Positions 19,546-32,416 of a stretch of DNA of 64,000 nt are shown here, piece after piece; position 1 is the first letter of the stretch; each line of letters starts with the position of its first letter. Made by a program: the position numbers and the translations under genes. Under the pieces are notes generated by a model, which made no database searches, was not told the DNA's origin, and worked only from the letters and a program-made list of their open reading frames with translations. Source of the stretch: Stylophora pistillata (Eukaryota); NCBI RefSeq assembly GCF_002571385.2, contig NW_019218560.1, positions 31,257-95,256 of the forward strand. The letters run 5' to 3'.

Positions 19546-20389
19546 TAACTGGTGATTGATATTTGTACACTGTGTAACATATATAGCGCAGTGGTAGAGA
19601 TGCAGGATAAAGTGCATGAAGGTACGACTCACCTGAGAGCAAACTTTGGCAAATGATTATTGTACTCTAATGGTTTGATGCAGGACTCATCACATTTTAC
19701 TTGAGGCCTCTTCTTACTGTCACCGAAAAAAAGATCTTCCTTTTGTGACTCAAAAAATCTTACTCTCACCTTTCCAAAACTATAAACAAGAATTTGCATA
19801 AGCTGTTATAATCCTCTTTTTACTGCGTTCACCCACAAGATCCCATTATCAACTCTCCCTACTTTCTGCCATACAATTGTTATGATGTTACTTCAGAGAA
19901 TTTGAAATTGGGTCAACTGATCACTCCCTATTTGATATTTGTCTGTCTTCTTATCTCTTGTCTACTTGATATTGAAATGGTATTGTAAGGAGAAATTCTG
20001 TCTTGGTCATTCATGATGTCAAAGGGTTAAAACTGTCATACTATTTGAGAAAATACTTTATTATATGGCTGTCTCACAAGGACTGGGAACTACCAAATTC
20101 ACGAATTTGATTGGCTGAAATCAGTATTGAAAGCAGTCCATCTAGACTGGTCTAGAAAAAAAAGGTACAAAGAATATAATGTTCCGTTGCTTTCTAGACA
20201 GCCATATAATAAACATATTATTAACCGATAGGTTGGTCTGTATGGGAGAATCTTGACCTTGGTTGCTGGTACAGACCTCACTGCATTCGGTCTGTACTGG
20301 CAACCTCGATCAAGATTCTCCCATACAGACCTCCCGCTCAGTTGATAAGAACTAGGTATGCACAAAGAATTTCCTCTGAAATCACTCTC

Positions 20390-20875
20390 ACAGAGTTGTA
20401 GTGAAGAGCACCGTTTAAGTTATTCTTATTACTTTTAAGATTCTTCATGGACTTTCTCTGGTCTATTTGTCTTCCCTGTTACAAGAATATCATCTACCAC
20501 ATACTCTACGTTCATCTTCCAAATCACTTCTTACTGTCCCCACTATAAATTCTGTGACATACGGTGAACGTGCATTGTTCTGTGCACATACATAATGGAA
20601 TACTCTTCCTGATTGTCTTAAATCTGCAGCTCCTCTTTTGTCTTTTAAATCTGCCTTTAAAACATTCCTATTCCAGAAATTTTATTTTTAGTATTGTGAA
20701 TCACTACATAGGTTTTTATCCCATTTAACTTTATTTTTGTTAGTGTAGCTAGGTACTACTGACTGTTAGTATCATTGTTATGTTTTATTTTTATTATGCT
20801 ATGTAAGAGCACTGAGATTCTTAAATGCACTCATAAAAACCTTACTATTATTATTATTATTATTATTATTATTTA
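20390..20875 (+). mobile_element. LINE (L2/CR1-like) 3' end with (TTA)n tail
   Basis: Decayed coding motifs LRSS..., YGERA, WNTLP, SFKSAFKTFLF followed by a 3' UTR and microsatellite tail. Confidence 0.65.
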
Positions 20876-22230
20876 TTGGCTATTGTTAGAAACCTATTTG
20901 CTGGTTCCCTCTCTTTTTGTAACCTTATCTATGAAAGGATGGAAAGATAGATCCACAAAGTAGTGAGGTTGAAAAATATTGGGCATGTTTCTCATTATTT
21001 ACTAGATTGGTTAGATTGTTTGCTGTTGTCCAAAGCTTCTGTTTTGAAATGGTTAAAAATTTAAGGTCTTTGTCATAAATTATGAATAAACTTAAAATTT
21101 AAATGAAGCAATCTCATTTCCACTAATCTTGTTAGTTGGTTGTCTCTGGAATTCAGAAGTGGCCAGCGTTGATGGTTCAAAAGTGTGTTGGTTCATGTTG
21201 ATTAATTTCTTTTTTCTTATATCGTTAATTCATACTAAAAGTCTGTTAGGTAAGAAACAATAAACAGGGGTGGATCCTGGGGAAAAGTTTAAGGAATGGG
21301 CACCCCCCCTCAAGATGACCTCCAGTTTTTTATTATAACTTTACAGTAATACAAAATGTGATGTATGGTTTGCTATGTATTCTCAGCAGTTCACATTATT
21401 TCTTAGTCATAAGCCCTCTTTTTTGCTCACTTTAAAATTTGCTTAACATCACTTGTCTGTTACATCATTCCTTAGAAATGTACTCCCTCTTAGGAAAAAT
21501 CCTGGATCTGCCCAGGTTAAATATTAATATGAACAGAGCATGCACCACAGAAATTATTTCTTGCAAGTAGGTTAACAAATTTGTGAAAGAGATTAAAATT
21601 TATGTAATTTATATCTGTAGGTAATGAATAATAGTTACTTTGTTTTAAGTATTGATGGTATTTTAAGTCTGGCTTTACATTTTCATCTAGTAGATAATTT
21701 TGTTTGCATTAAATTAGAAAAATTTGTAATGTCATGTTCCACAATCAGAGGTTAGTTTGTAGGTAGGTTTGGGTTGAAATAAAAGAATTTGTAATTGTTA
21801 TTCTGTGTCTTTTCTTATTGCAACAAATTAAAGAATGGAATACGTACCATGGTTCTAACGTAGCTATGCTGCTATGCTCAAATGGCTACAACGTTGCTAT
21901 GCTCAAATGGCTACAACGTTGCTATGCTGGCTAGGGATACAATGATTAGAAGTTTTGAAAAGAACCAAAAAAGTTGTAGAATTCTGGTTCGCAGGTCTGG
22001 CGCAATTCATTTTCAACCCGCGCTTTTTGAACAGAAAGCAAACCCAGCATTGCGTCTCCCTGGCATGGATTGGCCTAAACGTTACCTCTTCGGTAGCTTT
22101 TCCAAACCGGAGGTGGACGAGAAGGAATTGGAAAGGAAAAAGACCTCTCTAAACCAAGGAAACCTGGGTTCCAATTAATGATCAGCAAAATGGCGGGAGG
22201 TTGGCTAAGAACTAGGTGAAACATTCTTAG

Positions 22231-25200
22231 ATGGGCGTGAATAATCTCTGGGGTATTTTAGAACCTGCTAAGAGAAAAGAAAACCTCTCTGCCCTCCGCA
22301 ACAAGAAGCTTTGTGTGGACTTAAGTGGATGGATTTGCGAAGCTCAGTGCGCAAAAGGTTTGAAACACAACGTGAATAAACCGCACCTGAGAAATCTTTT
22401 CTTCCGATTGCTTCAATTGATACGAATTGGAGTCAAGTTGGTGTTTGTCGTGGATGGAAAACCACCTGAAGTGAAATGGGATGCAATCGCGAAGCGAGTT
22501 CAAGCGAGAGATGGCGGGCAGTTCGGGAAGGTCAAGAAATCTGCTAAATCCAGCGCTGGCTCGGGAGCTCGTGTCGGTCGATCGCAGTTTGCGAACTGGG
22601 TTAGAGAGGTAAGATAATGATCATCTCTTTTTTTTTTTTTTTTAAGTTTACATTTTTTGAAAAGATTTGTTTTTGTTTTATGTCCGAATGTTTCTTATTT
22701 TGTGGCTGATATAGCCCGCAGAACCGGTTTGATTTTTGTGCGTTTTCAGGCGGACGGAGGCGCGCGCGTGGGGTAGAGCGCGAAAAATGTTAACCCGTAC
22801 TTCGCGCTTGCCTCCGTACCGTTCGCCTGAAAACGAAAAACAAAAAAAAACAAAACAAAAAAAGAAGCTGGTTCTGCAGGCTATGCCTGAGAAGAACTGC
22901 AAATCTCCTTTGAAGGTCTCGGTTAGTGTTATCAGCCTCAGCCTTCGGCTTCGGCAGATAACACTTACCTCGACCTTGATTATTCCGGATATCACAAAAA
23001 CCTCATCTAATAATTGTTTATAATTGGTTNNNNNNNNNNNNNNNNNNNGAGGGGTCTTGTGCATGTTTCACAGACACTAAAAATAGAAAGAAGGCATCAT
23101 GAAAAATCATATAGAGAACCATGAGGTTCACATATAGCAAAAGCTAACAATTCTTAGTTCATGGGGTTTTAAGGTGGTATATTCACTGGTCACTATATCA
23201 CACAATGACCCCTGCCCCTCTCTCTTTGAATAAGGAAGTGTACCTGTAGGTTTTTAAATTTACAAGTCAGGTGTAAGAAATTGCTTAGGATACATGATAT
23301 AACTGTGAACAAGGTAAGTTGGTTATATCAACTAAGTTGAAATTCTAAATTGGTAGCACCAGAGTTTCTTTAGAAACTTTCAGCTTTTATAACTCTGAAC
23401 ACACTGTTTACCTGATAACATTTGATACTTGAAAGCTGGCAAGTAGCAAATGCCAATTAACTGTTCATCAACTTTGTTTTTTTTGGTTTTTGTTTTGTTT
23501 TGTTTTGTTTTTTTTGTGGCATTCAGTCCAATTAACATTGTTCCCAACTGCTTGGCATTTTTTAAAAGTAAATTATAAAAATATTTTTTGACTCAGTGCC
23601 GCAAGCTGTTGAGCCTGTTAGGGGTGCCATGCCTCGAGAGTGAGGGTGAAGCTGAAGCACTTTGTGCCTGGCTTGATCTACATCAGGTTGGTTTGGAAAT
23701 ATTTTACTTCTTGTTGTGAAAGATGTGTTAGTTCATCTACGTCATGGCAATGATGAATGAATGTTTATTTAACCCGTTACACCCTGGCTGAGTATGATCA
23801 GCGTGCAGATTCTCCTTACTGTTCTCTATACATTTGCCATGATACTCACAAGGAGAACTCAAGGCTGTGGTCTAGCTGCACCCAGTAGCCCCTGGTGCCT
23901 TACTTTTGTTCTTGGGCGACTCAGGAATTTTAGTTTTTTCATACAAAGTCTATGCTGGGCACCCTGGATTTCACAGTTTCAGAGCGCTGGGCTTCGTTCA
24001 ATTTTTCTTAGAGCACAGCCTTGAGAGCTTGTTTAACAATCAAGAGCCTCTTCAGCTGGTGATCAATTATCCTTTATTCTTGTGATGTTATTGTGTGGTT
24101 CTTGGTGATGACGCAAGGAGAAATTGGTGACTGCATGTGGTCAGTCTTAGAGTTATTGTCAGTTACAGTGTCAGGCTTTCAAACGAGAGCTACAATCATT
24201 TAACTGCTTTTAGTTTGGTGTTCTTCATCAGTCAATGGCAAAGGCGCTCGGAGAAAACTTGTCACAAAGACAAGCTGTAATATCATGGTAATTGAAATTT
24301 CATGATCCTACATTGATAACTTGACTCTACAGCTAAAATGTAACATCTCCTCTGAATCATAAGATAAATGATCAATTATTTACAACTAGCTCTCTGATAA
24401 GCAGACACTCTTGATTATTTGAGTAGCTCAAACTGTCCCCTTGCGAGAATTATTCCCTCAAGCATTCACCAAAGAAAAATAGGGCGGATGTCTGCTTATA
24501 AGAGAGTCTTATGTCAGACTCATGTTAGTGTCGAAGGAATGGACAGCTTGCTTTCCCAAGGACAAATGGAGTTTTGAAAAACCAATCCCCACTGTCCTGT
24601 TGCTTTGTCAAACTTCATATTTCTGTCAATTTGCAAATTCAAGATAAATTTTTATCACCAAGGGTCAATTCTATGCATGGGGTGTTGGCTTACGAGAGAG
24701 CAGAAACAAAAGAAAAATACAAGTCTCACTTCTTAAGTGTCCACATCTTATGAGAGAGTGCTTGCTTCCTTGAATGTGTAAATACAGGGTTTGAGTGGGA
24801 GGCAAAAAGAAGAATTTAAAGTGTTTGTAATTAGAACTTTCCCCTTACAAGTGAGTGTCCTTTAGTGGAAAGTTGACTGTACTTCGTCTTATCTTTAATT
24901 TGGTGTCAAACCTAAATATTGTCTAATTATACTGTAATTTATATAATGCTTGAATATGATTCATTCTGGATGTTCAGAAGCGAAATGGAAAATCTAAACA
25001 GATGCTTTAATTCCAACACAGAAAACTGTAGACTCACGGTAAACGATAACTACCGTTAAAACAAACCACTACTCGATAAACTAAAAAACTTTCAACTCTC
25101 TCTAAGAAAATCGCACATCAAAAAATAAAGTGGTCCGCGTGATTTGCTTATGATATTATTATCCTACATAATCCCAAAGCACACGCATCTTCTTAACACT

Positions 25201-28200
25201 GGATAAGTTTGATCTAAAGAGGCTGATTTTCAATAACTTCTGGCTTAGCAAAAAAATTTATGTCATAAATAATTAATTTACTCACAGATTGTAGATGGGT
25301 GTATAACCAATGATGGAGATGCATTTTTGTATGGAGCCAGAACTGTGTACAGAAATTTTTGTATCAGTGGAAAGGTAAGGCATCTTCAGACTATGGTCCA
25401 CATAATTCAGTCATTTTACCAGGAAACTGTGAGCAATAGAAATATGGGATGTTTTTGCATTCTAGGGAAAAACCTTAACAGGCATAGTGAAACTAAACTA
25501 AAAAAGAATGTGTTTTGCTGTAAGAAAACAAGTTGAAAAATCTGGAGGCAATCTAGCAAAGGTGTGGGTGAACTTGCATGGGTGGTAGGGGGCAAACTTG
25601 CAATAGGGCAAAACCTTTGTACATCTTTAAAAGATCTAGCATTAAGGTGCTTAATTCAGCTTTTTTTTGTTTAAATGTTCAGGATACATCAGTAGAATGT
25701 TACAAAATGGAAGAGATTGAAATCAAGCTAGGTATGTTATATTACATGTATGTTTGCCTTCCTCTTGTTTTCCAGAGAAGTCCACCACTGTTCTTTCTTC
25801 TCTTTTTTTTTTTCTTTTTTTGTGAGCTCTGCTCACCAAAGAAATTTATCCCAGTACTCACTTTTTTGCCTTAAGTAGATTACAGTTCCTCTCCATAAAG
25901 TGTTGTTGAATATTAATGTTTTTTATTCTCCTTACATAATTATGTTTCATTCTATGGAAACTTTTGTTCAACACTTACTGGTAAAAATTATTAGCTTGGA
26001 TTGCCTACCAGGGGTAACAGTAGTAATGATGATGGAAATTTGGCAATGGATATTCCACAAGGTGGCTCTCCTTGTCCACTGTTTCCTGGTCAAATGTTAG
26101 TTTCAGTAGAGGGAAGAAAACTGTAGGGTATTGAGAAAATCCTTTGAGCAATTAAGAAACCCTGAAAAAACTCAACCCAAATCATGATGCCAGCTCTGGG
26201 AACTGAATCAGGGCCACTGCAGTGGGAGGCTAGTACTTTTAGCTCTGTGCCATCCTCACTCCAATCTCCAACAGATGGGAAAATAAACATCTGTATGTGC
26301 AGCTCTTTTATGCTATGTTTCAGATCTCAACAGACAGAAGCTGGTTGCACTTGGAATACTTCTGGGATGTGATTACCTACCACAAGGTGTATCAGGAGTT
26401 GGAAAGGAAATTGCCATGAAGCTTATTAAGAGTGTCGATCATGAAAACCTAATTCACAGGTTAAAATAATTTTTTAGGTGCTAAATAAAATCTGATCTTA
26501 TTTACTTTGCAATGAATGCCAGTAGTGGTTTATTTATGGTCCTCTCTCGATATTTTAGCTGATAAGAGTGTGAGTTGCCTCAAAAGGGCTCTTATTCTAC
26601 AGGTTTAACCCTTTAACTTTTAGTGGTGATTAACATTTAACTTCTCCCTCTAACATCCACTCATTATCCAGCAAACAGGTAATGAGAATACTGACAACTT
26701 ATTAAGTAAGTTGTTACCTTGATCAAACACCAAATTCTCACTAGATAGGAGAATTAACAATCAGATGTTGGGAGTAAAAGGGTTTTAATTGATATTTGGC
26801 TTAAAACTGAATGGAAAATCATGCTCTAAAAGCAAAAAGATTAACATTCTGCCATCTTGCAATGATCTGCTCCTCTGGTATCCAAAGCTATTTGTGCTCT
26901 TTTAGAGTGACACTAATGCAGTCGTGACATCCTTAACTCTAGTTTGCAGATGATACAACTGTTAGGCTGTTTTCATTTTTGTGTCTACTGGTTGTGTAGC
27001 AACTATACTAAAAGCTGCATAAGTCCATAATGTAACAATGGAATATTCAGAGAGTTTTCATTTACTTGTGTTAACTCTGGATTGATTTATTTAAGGTTCT
27101 ATGAATGGAGACAAGGTGAGGACCAAGATGAAATTCTTTCAAGCGTGGAGAAGCTTGTGAAATGGTAAATATTTTGATACAGTCCCTAAGTGACAAAATT
27201 CCTAACAGTTGGCAAACCCTGTAAATAACTCATCTGAATGTAGCCTCATGTTGTTATTTTCTTCATTTCATTTCATTTCATTCTTTATTCACACTTATTC
27301 TACTAAAAATACAACAACGAGAAAGAGAAAATGTAGAAAAAAAAAAAGAAGAGAGTTCTAACTATACATGAATTTACACAAAGCAGTGGAAAGAGTGTGT
27401 AGTGCCAAAGGAGCCAAGCTTTCGAGTTGGCCACTACCACAGAGCAGTTACAGATGGGTGAAAGTTAAATACACTTAAGGAGATAGCACATAATTATACT
27501 AAATAGTTAAAATAGTAAAATAGGGCTCTATGATAGGTTAAAGTTGTTCAAGATGTCTGCCTGCCAAGTAGGAAGAGTTTGTATTCTTTTTTAAAGCTTT
27601 TGCATATTATCTTTGGACAAGGTGGTGTAGAGGATGTTATTTAATATCGGCAAACATTTGTTTCTGAACAAATCATAACAAAATGTAATGACCTGTCTAA
27701 ATAAATCTCTCCAGATACAACCATAAAACTTTAAAAATGTAAAAATGGCCTAAAAGTTATTTTTTCTTTAAAATTGCCACAGCTCCTTTTTGTTCTAACA
27801 GCTATTTTGTGACCACTAGTACTTTAATTTTACAGCAAAGCTCTTAAAGACAAGAACTTCCCACATCCAGAGGTAACATAAACTACTAACTAAAGAGACA
27901 TGTATTGTACAATAGTTAAAAAGTTTATCTAAATCAGTAACCCAATCAGGAAGAACTGGCAGTAATTAATACGTTTATGCCTCAGAGTGACTAGCTTCTG
28001 GTTTCTCTTGATAATATCACCTTTGAATTGCACATTAAGGTCATGAGAATATAGAAAATGATCTCTGACTTTAGAAGCTCTCCTCATCAACACCTCGCAT
28101 AGGATCATAAGATGGTAGGTTTCTTGTTGACTGTCTCTGTTTCTGTCTCTTTTTTCGGTCTGTTGTCACTAGGTTATTCAGGAATTTTTGTCCCCAAAGG

Positions 28201-31200
28201 TTGTTCCCCAGCAGGTTTCCTTAAAGATTTTCAATCCAGATCTAAAAGGAATGCAGGTGATTGTAAATTGTAATGAACTTAGTCATACATGTATAGTGTA
28301 GCTTAGCAATTTAGTAGCCTTGTATGAATCATATTTTGAATAGAACCTCAAAGAGATAGCCTGTGGTTTTTATCTAGTAAGCAATACTCCTTTATGTCTA
28401 AAAGTGTTTTTTTTGTTTTACTGTGTTCAGTACTTTGTATTTTCAAATTGATTTCTCTTTGCCTTATTTTTTTGTGCCTTTCTTTTTTATGGAAAAACAA
28501 ATCCCCATCCAGGTTATCTTCAGTTGATTTCCTTTCCCCAACCTGTTCATGAAGTTATTATTTTCTAATTTCATATAATTTGTTCATAACATATGAGCAA
28601 ATATTATTTTCCAGTTTGCGTGCGCTTAAAGTCAGGGAATTACTACTCTTTCAGGAATTCTGCCTCAAGCACCTGCAATGGCCTGAGGAATATACCACAG
28701 AAAAGGTTGCATTAAATTTCATATCTTAGAGTACTTTAATTTTCAGGTTTATTTGCATACTTGGAAGGATGATGAAGAATATTACCATGATGATACAAAT
28801 GAAGAATGCTTGTCAATGATAGCTTATTTTTAAAAAAATTAATGTCTGAGCAAACTTGACTGTTTGATTTTTTTAATTTTTTTTGTTTGTGAACTCAAAC
28901 CAAAACTGAACAAACAGAGTGATTTGATCCCTGTGAAGCTATTATTTCACTTTTAATATTGTTGCGAGACACCTTCAGTTGGTGTTTTCTTTTATTTTTC
29001 ATGCTGGAATTTTTTTGGTAGTGTTTCTGTGTGAACATTTTGACTTTTTGTATCTCATTAGCATTCTTACAATTGTCTGAGTACATATCAAGGCTGTGCT
29101 CTAAGAAAATGTGAAGAAAGCCCACTGCTCTGAAACTTTGAAATACAGGGTGCCTAGCATATGCTTTTATATGAAAAAACTAAAATTCTCAAGTCGCCCA
29201 AGAGCGAAAGTAAGGCGCCAGGGGCCACTGGGTGCTGCTAGACCACAGCCCTGACGTGTATTTAAGCACATTCTGCAAAAACTTTAACCTTTTCAACTTG
29301 AAAATGAGCGAGAAATGGTCAAAATGTGGTCGTTTTTGAACAATAATTTTAATTTATAGTGAAATAGTTCAAAGAAATTGCTTTATTCTAGGTTCTTCTA
29401 TTAATCACCTATTGGCAAATGAAATTATCACTGGAGCATCACACAAAGACACTTGTTCAACCAGAAAGGTAAAACTAATGTTGGAGTGGCTGGAAGGTTG
29501 AACTTTATTCTATATTGATTTTCTCAGAACATGCTTTTCCTTTAAACCTCTCACGTGTTTTGATGTGTGCAAGCTTATCATTAAATTGAGATCATTGCAC
29601 CAAACTAGTACTTTATCTTGCATTTTAGGATTGTAAAATCTCGTGTCCAACAGAAGATTGACTGTTTTGAAGTTGAATGGCAAAACCTTGAACTTGGAGA
29701 AACATGTCCAGTTTCTTTTGTGACCATTGAGACTAAAGAGGTATCACCAATTATTTCTTTATTGTGTGATTATAAGGATTTCTAGCCATAATGAGTTTGG
29801 TTATTATGCCGTCGATCATAATTATATGGAATATCAGTATGGGGAGGTCTTAGAAATAAGGAAGGTTTTAAGGCATTAGAAGCTCTGCATTGTAGAGCTG
29901 CAAGAATTATCTTTGAGCTACCTTGGGAGATGTCTAATGCTGATGTTATGACAAAGGCTAATTGGTCCCCTTTAGCCTTTATGTATAAAATTAGCTTAGC
30001 TAAGCTTATGCATAAAATCCATAATAACCTGACTCCAGACGCTATGTCAGCTCTTATTAAGAACAATGATAACATCAAGCGATATCAATTTAGGAAGAAA
30101 CTGAAAATTGATGTCACTCGTTTTAATACCTACTACGTGAGGAACTCTGTAGCTTGTAGAGGAGCAATAGTTTGGAACACGTTGGTTCCTCAACTTAATG
30201 ACGATATAGACAATGTTAAGAAATATGCGATTATAGCAAGACGATCTAAGGCTTTGCTACACCTTGATTTCGACTGTATCTCCCCTCAAACATTAACCAG
30301 AAGGGAGGAAGACTTTAAGTATAATTAGTGTTAATAATTAGACGATATTAGAGTACCACCTTGCTTTTTAAAATTTTAAGTTTTTATCGTTTTAGACTTG
30401 TAAGTAGTAAGTAGCGCTATGATTTTAGCTGGGTATATCCTATTTATTCTCTAATTCATTAGTTATCTTACTTAATTATTTAGACACGACCCCACAAGCG
30501 AAGTGTCGGTTTAAATACTTATCGTGTATAAATAAAGATTATTGATTGATTGATTGATTGATAGATGGATTGATTGGTACAAAATCCATTGACAGTAGCC
30601 CTTAGCTTGATTTAAGATGCCAAATAATATTCACCTTGATTTTTTTCAGCTTTTCACCCAAGCATATCCCAAAGTTGTCGAAGAATTTCAAGAGAGTGAG
30701 GCAGAAAAACTGTCCAAAAAAACGAGTAAGTTGATGGAATATTCCTCATAATTAAGTAGGATTTCTGTCAAAGAGAAATCATGATAATGGATAACATATT
30801 TTTTTTAAGATAAGTTGTTGAACTAACAAAGCTTTACCTGTGACTGAATCTAATGTGTGTGCTGGTGCACATTTGTTTTTGCAGAGAAGAAAGCCACTAC
30901 ATCTGTTTCCTCTTCAGACAATCATGACAATGAAATGGAGTTCCTATCAAGGCAGCTTGAAGATTTAAGGGTGCAAAGTTCTATGCCACAAAATGAAAGT
31001 CATTCTAGAGGTTTATATTCTGATGTCTCAGTTAATGAATCTCTGCAAGATGTTATTGACTCTGTACTCCCAACAATCGATGGTTAGTCGCTGCATCATC
31101 CACCAATGATCAACTCTGCGTCTGTCAATAGTGGTTGCTCTGATAGTGATGCTGATGAATGCCATGATGATGATGACGACAATGATGTGGATGATGACGA

Positions 31201-32311
31201 CAATGATGTGGATGATGACGATAGCATTGAAGAGTGCAATGTAAATTTTCCTTGGCATTCCAATTCAGTACAGAGGGAATTAGCTCCATATACCAGTAAT
31301 CTGGATTGTGGATATGGGCATGGAGTTGATGGTAGTTATGGGATATCAAATCCTTCTATGTTAAAAGATGTTCAAACAACGTCCCCATATCATCATCGTG
31401 TTGATGTTTCCATTAAGAATGATAACACAACAGACGAGAAGAATTCCGATGTTAAAACACACGAGTATCTGGGGAAGAGACGTGAAGCAAACACAGTACA
31501 GCAAGAAAGTGCAATTGAAACTTTAAGTGATTTTAAATCCAGAAATAGAAATGATCATGGAAAGAAATTTAATACATGTAGGTCAGCAAACATTGTGAGG
31601 ACATTAAGTGGAGTGACTGTTTTAAGTAAGACTGATGTAATTGAAATTTTTGGGTCCAGTGATGAGGAGAATGATGATATCAAATCACGTTCTTTGAAGC
31701 AGTTGCTTTCAAAATCTAAGGCAAAAACACTGAAAGGAAGAGCTGGAATAAGCAAGTTCAAATCAAGAAATGAAATGCCTGGTTCTGTCACTGAGTCCTC
31801 AGAGACAAAAAGCCCACAGAAGTCAGTCCAGTGTACAAATTCAGATTTTTCAGTCCAAACAGATCAGCTCAATTTTCATGAGGAAGATGGTTTTGGGACT
31901 AATGAGTGTGTGCCTGGTATTTTGCAAGAGTTGTTGAGTGATCATTCAATGACTTTTTCAAGTAAAGATAAGGTGAAGTATGTCAACAACACAAAGAGGA
32001 ACAAGAAAGAACTACCAGAACACACAGGGAAAGTACTCAAGCCAGAAAATAATGGTTTCATCAGTACACCTCATAGTTTGAATCAGAAATTCAAAACAGC
32101 TGCGAGCTCTGATGGTTTCTCTGATGTTTACTCGACTGGTGGATATGAAGAAGTTCAAGGAGATAAGTGTGGGAAAGAAAATGTTAATCCACCCTTTGAT
32201 GATTACATGCCTGCTCCTCTATCAAAACGACTGGTAAAGCAACTGAGTGGGGGACAGAGGCTGGCCAGTCTACGTTCAATTTCATCTGTTAAAGATGATA
32301 TATGGAACTGA
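22231..32311 (+). CDS. GEN1: Flap endonuclease/Holliday junction resolvase GEN1; exons 22231-22608, 23597-23686, 25288-25374, 25683-25731, 26324-26459, 27096-27164, 27836-27872, 28173-28256, 28655-28705, 29392-29468, 29629-29740, 30650-30725, 30885-(31087 stop or on to 32311)
   Basis: XPG-N: MGVNNLWGIL..VDLSGWICEA..KPHLRNLFFR..VFVVDG. XPG-I: GEAEALCA, TNDGDAFLYGA. H2TH: LLGCDYLPQGVSGVGKE. Chromodomain-like: IVKSRVQQKIDCFEVEW. Long disordered tail; the 3' end is ambiguous (see findings). Confidence 0.95.
23859..24023. mobile_element. ~165-bp MITE with CAAGGCTGTG TIRs; inverted second copy at about 29089-29253
   Basis: caaggctgtggtctagc...tagagcacagccttg; nested in a TTAA-type element; imperfect 6-bp flanks (AGAACT/AGAGCT; ACATAT/ACGTGT). 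Confidence 0.75.
26090..26262 (-). mobile_element. Decayed tRNA-derived SINE
   Basis: Minus strand reads tRNA-like head (gatggcacagagctaaaagtactagcctcccac...gattcagttccc) followed by a V-domain-like ggattttctc...cagttttcttccctc tract. Confidence 0.55.
29780..30575 (+). mobile_element. LINE 3' fragment (CR1/L2-group) with (GATT)n tail, GEN1 intron
   Basis: ORF 29930-30328 and upstream LYGISVWG..LEALHCRAARII; NSVACRGAIVWNTL; AATAAA followed by (GATT)n. Confidence 0.8.
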
Positions 32312-32416
32312 ATGAAAAAGTCTCTGACACAAAAAAAAATTGTAACAATGGTTTTGAAAATAAACCAAGTTTAATTTTAATTATTCATGAATTTAAAATA
32401 TCTTATTTTCAGTTAT

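Noticed and set aside
21882-22178. 98-aa ORF upstream of GEN1 as a separate gene or N-terminal extension
   Set aside because: Starts in a tandem repeat, has no motifs and is closed by a stop; Rad2/XPG nucleases begin at MG(V/I).
29741-29748. U12-type intron donor (GTATCACC) in GEN1
   Set aside because: Does not match RTATCCTT; treated as an ordinary U2 intron.
31085-31087. Selenocysteine recoding in GEN1
   Set aside because: The codon is TAG, not TGA, and no SECIS was evident.
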